A DNA stretch of 64,000 bases from a bacterium (GTDB lineage Bacteria; UBA8248). The stretch is taken from contig CBDBZY010000003.1 of NCBI GenBank assembly GCA_965213685.1, positions 64,001 through 128,000 on the forward strand, in the 5' to 3' direction. Positions 30,754 through 38,979 of the stretch are shown piece after piece (positions within the stretch are counted from its first letter, which is position 1; each line of letters starts with the position of its first letter). Made by a program: the position numbers and the translations under genes. Below the pieces are notes generated by a model. That model was not told where the DNA came from. It made no database searches and saw nothing but the letters and a program-made list of their open reading frames with translations.

Positions 30754-32148
30754 GTGGTTCTTTTGGCGAACGCAATCGATCAGGAGGCGACGCGCGCCAA
30801 GCTCCTCTTCGTCGGGAGTCTGACGCCGGGCAGGGAGAGCATGCTCGGCGGCCTGCGGAACATCGGGATGGAGGCGCTTCATTTCCCGAATCTTTCCCGG
30901 GGGCGCGGGCGCATGGATTGGTGCGATTTCGTTCTCTACGCGGCGGCCGGTCGCGCCGACATGTCCCCGATGCGGAGGGTCGGCGAGAGGGGCAAGCCGC
31001 TCGCCGCCGTCCTGCGTCCGCAGGACAAGGGGTTCACGCCCCTGAGCATCGAGTCGGGCGCGCGCGCCGTCTTCGTCGACGAAGTGCACCCCGAGGAGGT
31101 TTTGCAGTTCGCCCGGCGACTGAGCGAGGAGGGCTACCTGCAGAGGGAGCTGCGGTGGCTTCGCACGGAGGCGAGAGAGGAGCACGGCGGGTGGCAGTTC
31201 GTGGGAACGAGCGCGGCGGCGCAGAGGCTTCGGCACTCCATCCAGGAGGCGGGCCAGGCGTTCCGCACCATCCTCCTCGAGGGGGAGAAGGGGCTGAATT
31301 TCCATCGCGTCGCCCGCGCCCTGCATTCCCGGCACCCGGGGGTGCGCCACCCGTTTCTTCACTGGGGGCCGAAAATGCGGCGCGCCCAGGAGATGGGCAG
31401 AGCCATCCAGCGAATCGAGGAGGGGCGCGTCGAGGAGGGCGACATCACCCGGAAAGGGGGGACGCTCTTCGTCGAAGACGCCCAGCTCATCGGCAGAGAC
31501 CACCAGAACGCTCTGGCGAAGGCTCTGTGGAAAAAGGGCGTGTCCGGGGAGTTCCGCCTGATTCTGGGCCGCACCCATGACCCGGAGAGACTGATGCAGG
31601 ACGAGATATCCGAGAGTCTGTATCAAGAGGACTCCACCCGCCTCGTCAAAATTCCGCCGCTGCGCGAGAGGAAAAAGGATATTTCTCTCGTGGTCCAGGG
31701 GGTTCTGGATGAATTCTCGCGGCGGATGGAGCAGCCGAGGAGGCGAATCACGCCGGCGGCGATGAAGTGGTTCTGTGAGCAGAAATGGTGGGGCAACGAA
31801 TCCGAACTCGAGGTTTCCGTATGTCGTGCCTGTCTGGTGAGTGCGGGGGACGCCATTTCGCTCGAGGACCTGAGCGCGTCTCCGGCGCGGAGGAGAACCG
31901 CCGGCATCGAGGGTTTCTTCCGGGACAGGCTCTCCTCGGTGGTGGCCGCCCTGGCCGACGGGGGGGAGAGCGACTTCTACGAACACACCATCCGCAGCGT
32001 CGAGAAGCCCCTGCTGGAGCTCGTGCTCCGTGAGACGGGCGGGAACCAGGTGCAGGCGTCGCGCCTGCTGGGCATGAACCGAAACACGCTGAGAAGAAAA
32101 CTCCGGGAGCTGGGAATCGCCCACCCCTCCCGCAGCCGCCGGAGGTAG
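30754..32148 (+). CDS. Degenerate NtrC/sigma54-activator-like regulator with Fis-type HTH
   Basis: AAA-like remnants (EGEKG, GGTLFVED, IPPLRERKKDI, WWGNESEL) and HTH GNQVQASRLLGMNRNTLRRKL; no GAFTGA and no intact Walker A/B. Confidence 0.8.
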   Translation: MVLLANAIDQEATRAKLLFVGSLTPGRESMLGGLRNIGMEALHFPNLSRGRGRMDWCDFVLYAAAGRADMSPMRRVGERGKPLAAVLRPQDKGFTPLSIESGARAVFVDEVHPEEVLQFARRLSEEGYLQRELRWLRTEAREEHGGWQFVGTSAAAQRLRHSIQEAGQAFRTILLEGEKGLNFHRVARALHSRHPGVRHPFLHWGPKMRRAQEMGRAIQRIEEGRVEEGDITRKGGTLFVEDAQLIGRDHQNALAKALWKKGVSGEFRLILGRTHDPERLMQDEISESLYQEDSTRLVKIPPLRERKKDISLVVQGVLDEFSRRMEQPRRRITPAAMKWFCEQKWWGNESELEVSVCRACLVSAGDAISLEDLSASPARRRTAGIEGFFRDRLSSVVAALADGGESDFYEHTIRSVEKPLLELVLRETGGNQVQASRLLGMNRNTLRRKLRELGIAHPSRSRRR

Positions 32149-32153
32149 CGTTC

Positions 32154-32915
32154 GTGCCGTCCCGGGACGCCGGGTTTGCCGCCCTCATCCTCGCCGCCGG
32201 GCAGGGCAGGCGGATGAACTCCCCGCTGGCCAAGGTGCTGCACCCGCTGGGCGGAGAACCCATGATCCGCCATGTCGTGGCGGCCGCGAGGGAGGCGGAC
32301 GCCGCGCCCATCGTCATCGTCGTGGGCCATCAGGCCGCCGCCGTGCGGGGGGCGTTCGCGGACGATGGGAAGGGGCTCATCTTCGCCGTTCAGGAACGGA
32401 GGCTCGGAACGGCCCACGCCGCCGGGGTCGGCCTGTCCGCCTTGCCCATCCGGGAGGGGCATCTTTTTTTGTTGTGCGGCGACGCGCCCCTGATACGCGC
32501 GGCGACGCTGAGGCATCTGGGCCGTCATCACGCCCGCGCGCGCGCGGCCGCCACCATGCTGACGGCCATCGCCGAGGATCCGGCCGGCTACGGCCGCGTG
32601 GTGCGGAAGGGGGCGGAGCTCGCAGGCGTGGTGGAGGAGGCGGATGCGACGGACGCGCAGAGGCGGATTGCGGAGGTCAACACAGGTGCCTATGTCTTCG
32701 ACCTCCCTTTCCTGCGGGCCGCCCTGCCGGGGATTACGCCCGAGAACAGCCAGGGAGAGTTTTATCTGCCCGATGTCCTCGCGGTCGCGCGCACCCGCGG
32801 CCGCCCGGTTCTCGGCGTTCCGCTGGCGACGCCCCGGGAGGGGCTGGGGGTGAACACGCAGGCGGATTTGCGCAAGGCCGAGGAAATCCACAGGCGAAGG
32901 AATTCCCGGGGTTGA
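32154..32915 (+). CDS. Stand-alone GlmU N-terminal domain (GlcNAc-1-P uridyltransferase-like)
   Basis: LAAGQGRRMNS.LAKVLH, Q..RLGTAHA, GDAPLI, GYGRVVR, EVNTG.Y, N.QGEFYLPD; ends before the LbH domain. Confidence 0.88.
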   Translation: MPSRDAGFAALILAAGQGRRMNSPLAKVLHPLGGEPMIRHVVAAAREADAAPIVIVVGHQAAAVRGAFADDGKGLIFAVQERRLGTAHAAGVGLSALPIREGHLFLLCGDAPLIRAATLRHLGRHHARARAAATMLTAIAEDPAGYGRVVRKGAELAGVVEEADATDAQRRIAEVNTGAYVFDLPFLRAALPGITPENSQGEFYLPDVLAVARTRGRPVLGVPLATPREGLGVNTQADLRKAEEIHRRRNSRG

Positions 32916-33039
32916 AGCGTGCAAACCCCCGCCGGGTTTGCTATAATCCTCCAAAGAAAGAGATCGAAACGACACGCCCGAGAACCGCCCCATCCGCCCA
33001 TTTTTGCGTCGCGCCCGACGGGTGTTCAGGAGGTGTCTG

Positions 33040-34248
33040 GTGAAAGCGCTGATCCTGGCGGCCGGCCCCGGGGCCGGTTTGTACCCTTTTACGGATACCC
33101 GGCCGAAGGCCATGTTGCCGGTGGCGGGCGAGACGCTCCTGCACACGACGGTGGGGAAGATGCGGGCCGCCGGCGTGGGGGAGCTTGTCATCGTCGTCGG
33201 CCATCGCGCCGAGAAGATCATGGGCGAGTTCGAGCAGGGTGCGCGCTACGGGATGGCGATTCACTACATCCGGCAGGATGAGCCAACCGGAATCCGCGAC
33301 GCCATCCGGCTGGCCAGGAGGCATTTTGAGGGGGATGAATCATTTTTGCTGGTATATGCCGACGTTCTGTCCTCCGAAAACATGTATCGGCAGGTCATGC
33401 AGACGTTCGGGTCGTTTCAGGAGCCCGTGGCGGCGATTTGTCATACGCCCCAGGCGCAGAACTACGGCGCGGTGTATCTGGGCGAGGACATGCGGATAGA
33501 GCGGATGGTGGAGAAGCCCGCGGATCGGTCGGTGGGCAATTACGTTCTGGCCGGCGTGTTCGTCATGCCGCGCCGGATATTCGACCTGCTGGAAAGCCGC
33601 GAGATGGATGAGTCCCTGAACGTGATATGCGCGGAGGAGGGCCTGCGCTCCTCGATTTGGGAGGGCCCCTGGCTGGACGCCCAGCACCCCTGGGACCTGC
33701 TCCAGGGCAACCGGATGATCATGGACACCTGGAAGGAAGCCCGCGTGGACGGAAGCGTGCAGCTCCGGGGCGCGGTGCAGTTTCGCGGCCCCGTGATGAT
33801 CGAGAAAAACGTGGTGATCGAATCGGGCGCCTCCATATTCGGCCCCTGCTTTATCGGGGAGGGCACGTTTTTGGGGAACGGGGTTTTGGTGCGTCCCTAT
33901 ACGGCCATCGGCGCGCGCTCGATCATCGGGTTCGGCGTGGAGCTGAAAAACTGCATCCTGCTGGACGGCGTGCGGGTGGGGCGCCTCTCCTTCGTGGGGG
34001 ACAGCGTAATCGGCGAGGACGTCGTCCTGGGCTCCGGAACGATAACGCTGGTTCAGAATCTCGACCAGTCCGTCCTCCGGGTGCGCATGCCGGAGGGAGA
34101 CGTGGATTCCGGCCTCGACCAGGTGGGCGCTTTCGTGGGCGACGGGGCGCGGGTGGGCGCCTCGAACACGCTGGCCACGGGCGCCGTCATCGCGCCCGAC
34201 GAAGTGATTCCGCATCATTGCACGTATCCACGGGGCGAGAATTTCTGA
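33040..34248 (+). CDS. Sugar-phosphate nucleotidyltransferase + hexapeptide LbH domain (archaeal-type bifunctional GlmU family)
   Basis: KALILAAG...PFTDTRPKAMLPVAG, VEKP, WLD..HPWDLL, LSFVGDSVIG, GAFVGD. Confidence 0.85.
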   Translation: MKALILAAGPGAGLYPFTDTRPKAMLPVAGETLLHTTVGKMRAAGVGELVIVVGHRAEKIMGEFEQGARYGMAIHYIRQDEPTGIRDAIRLARRHFEGDESFLLVYADVLSSENMYRQVMQTFGSFQEPVAAICHTPQAQNYGAVYLGEDMRIERMVEKPADRSVGNYVLAGVFVMPRRIFDLLESREMDESLNVICAEEGLRSSIWEGPWLDAQHPWDLLQGNRMIMDTWKEARVDGSVQLRGAVQFRGPVMIEKNVVIESGASIFGPCFIGEGTFLGNGVLVRPYTAIGARSIIGFGVELKNCILLDGVRVGRLSFVGDSVIGEDVVLGSGTITLVQNLDQSVLRVRMPEGDVDSGLDQVGAFVGDGARVGASNTLATGAVIAPDEVIPHHCTYPRGENF

Positions 34249-34410
34249 TGGGCGCGACGGCGGAGATGGGAGCGATGCGATGCGGCGCGTCCCGCGCGTG
34301 TTCGCCCACCGGGGAAGAGAGAATTTCTGATGCGCGGCGTCATGGGCATGCAAGCGATGCGCGCGGCGTCCCGTACGTGTTCGCCCACCAGGGAAGCGAG
34401 AATTAAAATG
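34237..34410 (+). repeat. Two ~82-bp imperfect tandem units at the nucleotidyltransferase-glmS junction
   Basis: GAGAATTTCTGATG...GCGTCCCG..CGTGTTCGCCCACC.GGGAAG repeated twice, then GAGAATTAAAATG (glmS start). Confidence 0.85.
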
Positions 34411-36231
34411 TGCGGCATCGCGGGCATGGCGGCGTGCTCCAACATTTCCCAGAAGCTTCTGCGATCGATATTCGCCCTCGAATACCGGGGGTATGACTCC
34501 TGTGGCATGGCCATTCAAAGAAACGGGAGGATCGACATACGCAAAGACGTGGGCACCGTGGAGGCGGTGAACGCCATCAAACGCTTCTCGGACATGAGGG
34601 GACTCGTGGGCATCGCCCATACGCGCTGGGCGACGCATGGCGGGGTGACGCGGGAGAACGCGCATCCGCACTCCGACAACCAGAGCCGTCTGGCCGTGGT
34701 GCACAACGGCATCATTTCCAACTACCGCGCGCTGCGGGAGCGGCTCGAGGCGGGCGGTGCGCGGTTCGAGTCGGAAACCGACACGGAAGTCATCGCGCAC
34801 CTCATGTCGGAGAAGATAGCGGAAAACGCCCAGAACGTGGAGAAGGGTTTCGTGGCGGCACTGCGCGAGATCGAGGGCACCTTCGCGGTGGCGGCACTCT
34901 CCGTGGACGCGCCGGGCGTGATTTATTGCGTGAAGCGCGAGTCGCCCCTCGTCATCGGGTTGGGCGACGACGCCCACTACATCGGGTCGGATTTCAGCGC
35001 CTTCATCGAGTTCACCCGCCAGGCGGTCGTCATGGAGGATGACGAATACGCGATCGTCACCCCCGAGGCCTACGCGGTCAAGAGTCTGCTCACCGGGGAG
35101 AAGGTCGACAAGCAGATCACGGAGATCGAGTGGGACGTCGGGATGGCGCAGCGGGGCGGCTATCCCCACTTCATGCTCAAGGAGATATACGATCAGCCGG
35201 CCACCGTCCAGGCCGCCCTCACAATACCCAGGGTGGACGTCCAGTCCCTCGCCCGGATGATTCATGAATCGCGGCATTGCTTTCTGTGCGGCGTGGGCAC
35301 CACCTACTATACCGCGTCGATGGGCCAGTATTTCTTCAGTCGTTTGGGCGGCAGGTATCTGCCGGTGGTCAGCGCGGATGAATTTCCCCACCTCGCGGAG
35401 GTCGGCCCCGACGACAGCTTTTGCGCCATCAGCCAGTCGGGGGAAACCTACGACACGCTGCGCGCTCTGCGCTACGCGAAATCCCGGGGGGCGCGGACGG
35501 CGGGCATCGTCAACGTGATGGGCTCCACCCTGGTTCGTTCGGTGGACGTTCCGATTCTGCAGGGCGCGGGGCCGGAGAAATGCGTGATCAGCACCAAGGC
35601 GGCGCTGAGCCAGACGGTCATCCTGCTGCTCGCGGCCATCGAGCTGGGCCTTCTCAAAGGGCGCTTGCGCGAGGCGGAGGCGGCGGGGATGAGAGAGGAG
35701 GTCGCCTCCTTGTCGTCCCTGCTCTCCGACGCCTTGAACGAGTGTTCCGGCTTCTTTCACACGGCGGCGCAGGAGCACCAGCACATGAAGAACTGGCTCT
35801 ACCTGGGCCGCGGCGTCTATTACCCCGCGGCGCTCGAATGCGCGCTGAAGATGAAGGAGGTCACCTATCTCCACGCGGAGGGAATGAGCGCGGGCTTCCT
35901 CAAGCACGGCACCATCTCCCTGATAGACGAGAACATGCACACCATCGTCCTGATGCCCACGCCCGAGGAGGCCGAGCTGCATGCGCTCACGCGCGGCAGC
36001 GCGGAGGAGGTGCGCGCGCGCGGCGGGTTCGTCCTGGGCTACCGCTTCGAGGGAGACGATGCGGTGGAGGGGCTGTTCAGCCAGGAAATCGTCCTGCCCC
36101 GGGTGTCCGCGCTCCTCGCGCCCTTCCTGCATCTGGTGTCGGGGCAACTGCTGGCCTACTTCCTCGCGGTGGCCCTCGGTCGGGACGTGGACAGGCCGCG
36201 CGCCCTGGCGAAGTCCGTGACCGTCGCCTAG
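34408..36231 (+). CDS. glmS: Glutamine-fructose-6-phosphate transaminase (isomerizing)
   Basis: MCGI start, LEYRGYDS, HTRWATHG, VHNGII, SETDTEV, SQSGET, LKHG, PRALAKSVTV. Confidence 0.97.
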   Translation: MCGIAGMAACSNISQKLLRSIFALEYRGYDSCGMAIQRNGRIDIRKDVGTVEAVNAIKRFSDMRGLVGIAHTRWATHGGVTRENAHPHSDNQSRLAVVHNGIISNYRALRERLEAGGARFESETDTEVIAHLMSEKIAENAQNVEKGFVAALREIEGTFAVAALSVDAPGVIYCVKRESPLVIGLGDDAHYIGSDFSAFIEFTRQAVVMEDDEYAIVTPEAYAVKSLLTGEKVDKQITEIEWDVGMAQRGGYPHFMLKEIYDQPATVQAALTIPRVDVQSLARMIHESRHCFLCGVGTTYYTASMGQYFFSRLGGRYLPVVSADEFPHLAEVGPDDSFCAISQSGETYDTLRALRYAKSRGARTAGIVNVMGSTLVRSVDVPILQGAGPEKCVISTKAALSQTVILLLAAIELGLLKGRLREAEAAGMREEVASLSSLLSDALNECSGFFHTAAQEHQHMKNWLYLGRGVYYPAALECALKMKEVTYLHAEGMSAGFLKHGTISLIDENMHTIVLMPTPEEAELHALTRGSAEEVRARGGFVLGYRFEGDDAVEGLFSQEIVLPRVSALLAPFLHLVSGQLLAYFLAVALGRDVDRPRALAKSVTVA

Positions 36232-36248
36232 GCGCCCTCCCTCCCCCG

Positions 36249-38186
36249 ATGCCAGTCGTGAAGTTCCAGGGAACGGACGGGGTTCGCGGGCTGGTGGCCG
36301 GCGCGCGCCATCCGGGGGCGGTGGGCGCCGACCCCCGCGCGGCGTTTGCGGAGCATGGGGTCATCACGCCGGAATTCATCGAGCATTACGTTTTCGAGGC
36401 GGGCCGCTGGCTTTTGGAGAGGGCGTCCGAGCGGCTCATCTCGCCCGCCGCGGTGGTGCTGGCCTGGGACCCCCGGGACGAGGGGGGCGCGTTGTCCGGT
36501 GCCTGCGTGAACGCCCTCTTGCGTTCGGGTGCGCACGTTCTCTCCACGGGCGTGATGCCTACGCCGGTGGCCGCCGTCTATCTGGCGGGCGTGGGGGGTG
36601 CCGGCGCGGTGGTGCTCACCGCCTCCCACAATCCGGCGGATCAGAATGGCGTGAAAATCCTCCTGTCCCCCGACTCGGCGAAGCCCCTGCCGGACGAGGA
36701 CGAGGCGCTCAGCGCGCGCGTCTGGGCGAGCGGCCGGGGCGCGGCGGCGCAGCAACATGCGCCCGCGAGCGGCCGCTGCGCGGAGTGTGCGGCGGAGGCC
36801 CGCGCGTTTTACGGCGACTACATCGCCCGGCTGTCCAACTGCTGGCTGCGCGAGGGCGACCTCGCCCGATGGGACGTGGTGGTGGACCCGGCGGGAGGGG
36901 CGTGGAGCGGGGTGGCCGCCCAGGTGCTGGAGGGATTCTCCCCGTTGCGCGTCCGGGAGGTGAACCCGCTGGGCACCGCTCGCGTGAACGAGGGCGGCGG
37001 CGTGGTCGCACTCGAGGGCAGGCGCGCCGTCCCGGGGGCGGACGCCGGCCTGATAGACGCCCATGCGGGCGTGCGCGCCCTTTTCGAGGCGGGGCGTGCG
37101 CGGCGGGACGCGCTCGCGCGCGGGGACGGCGTGGCGGCCGCCTGCGTCTTCGATGCCGACGGCGACAGGGGCTACGCCCTCGTCTACAACCCGTTTCGGG
37201 ACGCGCTTCACATACTGGACGGAGATGACGCACTCCTCCTGCAGGCGCGTTTTTTGCGGTCCGAGCGGGAGCTGCCCGACGGGGGCGTGGCCGCCATCAC
37301 CATGGAGAGTGATTCCGGTGCGGCGGCGGCCCTGTCGCGGACGGGGTTGCGGGTGGTCTTCACCCCCGTGGGGGACAAATGGATTCTGCGCGAGGCCCGC
37401 AGATGGGGGGATCGCTTCGTGATGGGCGGGGAGGAGTCCGGCCATACGGTCGTTCCGGGCCTGCTGGCGAACGCGGCGGGCGAGCCGCGCAGGCTCGCCG
37501 CGGGAGACGGCCTCAAGAGCTTTCTCAACACTTGCGCGGCGGTGCAGGGACTTTTCCGGGCGGAGGGCGCGGAGGCTGCGTATGCGGCCGTCGGCGCTCC
37601 GTTTCCCCGTGGATTCAAGAAGTCCTATTATGCCTACCATGTGGCGCGAAGCCGCCTGGCACCGGGCGCCTGCGCGCGCGAGGCCATCGGCGCGACGCTG
37701 TGGGCGAGTGCGAAACGCGCCTTCTCGGGCGTCGCCCTCCCGCGCTGGGCGCCGTTTGAGGACGCCCCCGACATCATGTATCTCGCCCTGGAGGATGACG
37801 CGGGCGGGCCGCTGGGCGCGGTGTATGTAAGAAACTCGGGCACGGAGAGCAGAACGGGCGTGGTGCTTCGGGGGCCCGGGGAGTGGGAGGCCAGGCTCCG
37901 CGCCGTGGGGGAGGAGGTCTTGCGCGAGATCCTCCGGCACATGAAGGACGGCGACGCCCCCGATGCGCGGGCGGAGTCCCATCTGCTCCAGGGCTTGCGG
38001 GAGCGCGACATGGACGCGGCGTCCCTCGACGCGCTCCTCGCGGCCGGCGCCGAGGCGCGCTTCGGCGCGCCCGTTCGAGCGGATCGGATACGCAAAGAGG
38101 CGCTGCGGGGCGGGCTGGCGCGGGCGGAGGGGAGTGTGTTGCGCATCACGCCGCTGGGCGCGTGGTATCTGGGGTTGCGGAAATGA
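36249..38186 (+). CDS. Phosphohexomutase (phosphoglucosamine mutase GlmM-like)
   Basis: GTDGVRG, TASHNP, DADGDR, GGEESGH, RNSGTE motifs; follows glmS. Confidence 0.85.
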   Translation: MPVVKFQGTDGVRGLVAGARHPGAVGADPRAAFAEHGVITPEFIEHYVFEAGRWLLERASERLISPAAVVLAWDPRDEGGALSGACVNALLRSGAHVLSTGVMPTPVAAVYLAGVGGAGAVVLTASHNPADQNGVKILLSPDSAKPLPDEDEALSARVWASGRGAAAQQHAPASGRCAECAAEARAFYGDYIARLSNCWLREGDLARWDVVVDPAGGAWSGVAAQVLEGFSPLRVREVNPLGTARVNEGGGVVALEGRRAVPGADAGLIDAHAGVRALFEAGRARRDALARGDGVAAACVFDADGDRGYALVYNPFRDALHILDGDDALLLQARFLRSERELPDGGVAAITMESDSGAAAALSRTGLRVVFTPVGDKWILREARRWGDRFVMGGEESGHTVVPGLLANAAGEPRRLAAGDGLKSFLNTCAAVQGLFRAEGAEAAYAAVGAPFPRGFKKSYYAYHVARSRLAPGACAREAIGATLWASAKRAFSGVALPRWAPFEDAPDIMYLALEDDAGGPLGAVYVRNSGTESRTGVVLRGPGEWEARLRAVGEEVLREILRHMKDGDAPDARAESHLLQGLRERDMDAASLDALLAAGAEARFGAPVRADRIRKEALRGGLARAEGSVLRITPLGAWYLGLRK

Positions 38187-38962
38187 GTCGGACGGCCCCG
38201 GAGGTCTATTTCACCAGGCTGGGGGAGTTTCCCCACGCGGCTCTTCTGGAGGGCGCCGCGCACGCCTGGGAGGCGGTCGGCCTTCTGGAGGGCTTCGTCC
38301 GGAAGCTGGTGGATGAGGCGGACGCGCCCCCGCCGGGCGGCGACGCCCTGCGCGCCGAGGGGGACCTGGTGGTGAGCGCGGGTCTGTTCGCCTCGGGGGA
38401 GAGGCTCCGAATCGCCTCGGTCGGCCTGCTCGTGGAGGCGGGCGTCCGCATCGAGCCCGGCGTGGTCATCCGGGGTCCGACGGTGCTTTGCCAGGGCGCG
38501 CAGGTGCGGCACGGGGCGTATCTGAGAGGGGGCTGCCTCATTGGACCCGGCGCCGTCGTCGGACACGCGACGGAGGTGAAGAACAGCGCGTTTCTGAACG
38601 GCGCGCAGGCGGGGCATTTCGCCTACGTGGGAGACAGCATCCTGGGGGCGGACGCGAACCTGGGGGCGGGCGTCAAGCTGGCGAACCTCCGCTTTCGGAC
38701 GGAGGCGGAGAAGAGGACGCGCGACGTGAAAACCATTCGCCTGCGCGTGGATGGCGAGTCCCTCGACACCGGCCTGGCGAAATTCGGCGCCGTGGTGGGC
38801 GATGACGCCGAAATCGGCTGCAACGCGGTAACCTCGCCGGGCGCGATGCTGGGCCCCGGCTGCTGGGTGGCGCCGAACGTAACCGTCCCGAAGGGGACGT
38901 ATCCCGCGCGCACGTTCATCCGCGGGTCGGGCGCGCCGGGCGTCGGCCCGCGCAGGTTCTAG
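38183..38962 (+). CDS. Stand-alone hexapeptide-repeat (LbH) acetyltransferase, GlmU C-terminal-like
   Basis: RHGAYLRG..LIG, GHATEVKNS, HFAYVGDSILG...NLGAG, TGLAKFGAVVGD...IGCN. Confidence 0.85.
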   Translation: MSRTAPEVYFTRLGEFPHAALLEGAAHAWEAVGLLEGFVRKLVDEADAPPPGGDALRAEGDLVVSAGLFASGERLRIASVGLLVEAGVRIEPGVVIRGPTVLCQGAQVRHGAYLRGGCLIGPGAVVGHATEVKNSAFLNGAQAGHFAYVGDSILGADANLGAGVKLANLRFRTEAEKRTRDVKTIRLRVDGESLDTGLAKFGAVVGDDAEIGCNAVTSPGAMLGPGCWVAPNVTVPKGTYPARTFIRGSGAPGVGPRRF

Positions 38963-38979
38963 CCCCGAGAGACACGTCC

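Noticed and set aside
34248-34407. glmS ribozyme
   Set aside because: The conserved ribozyme core is not recognisable, and a tandem duplication explains the region.
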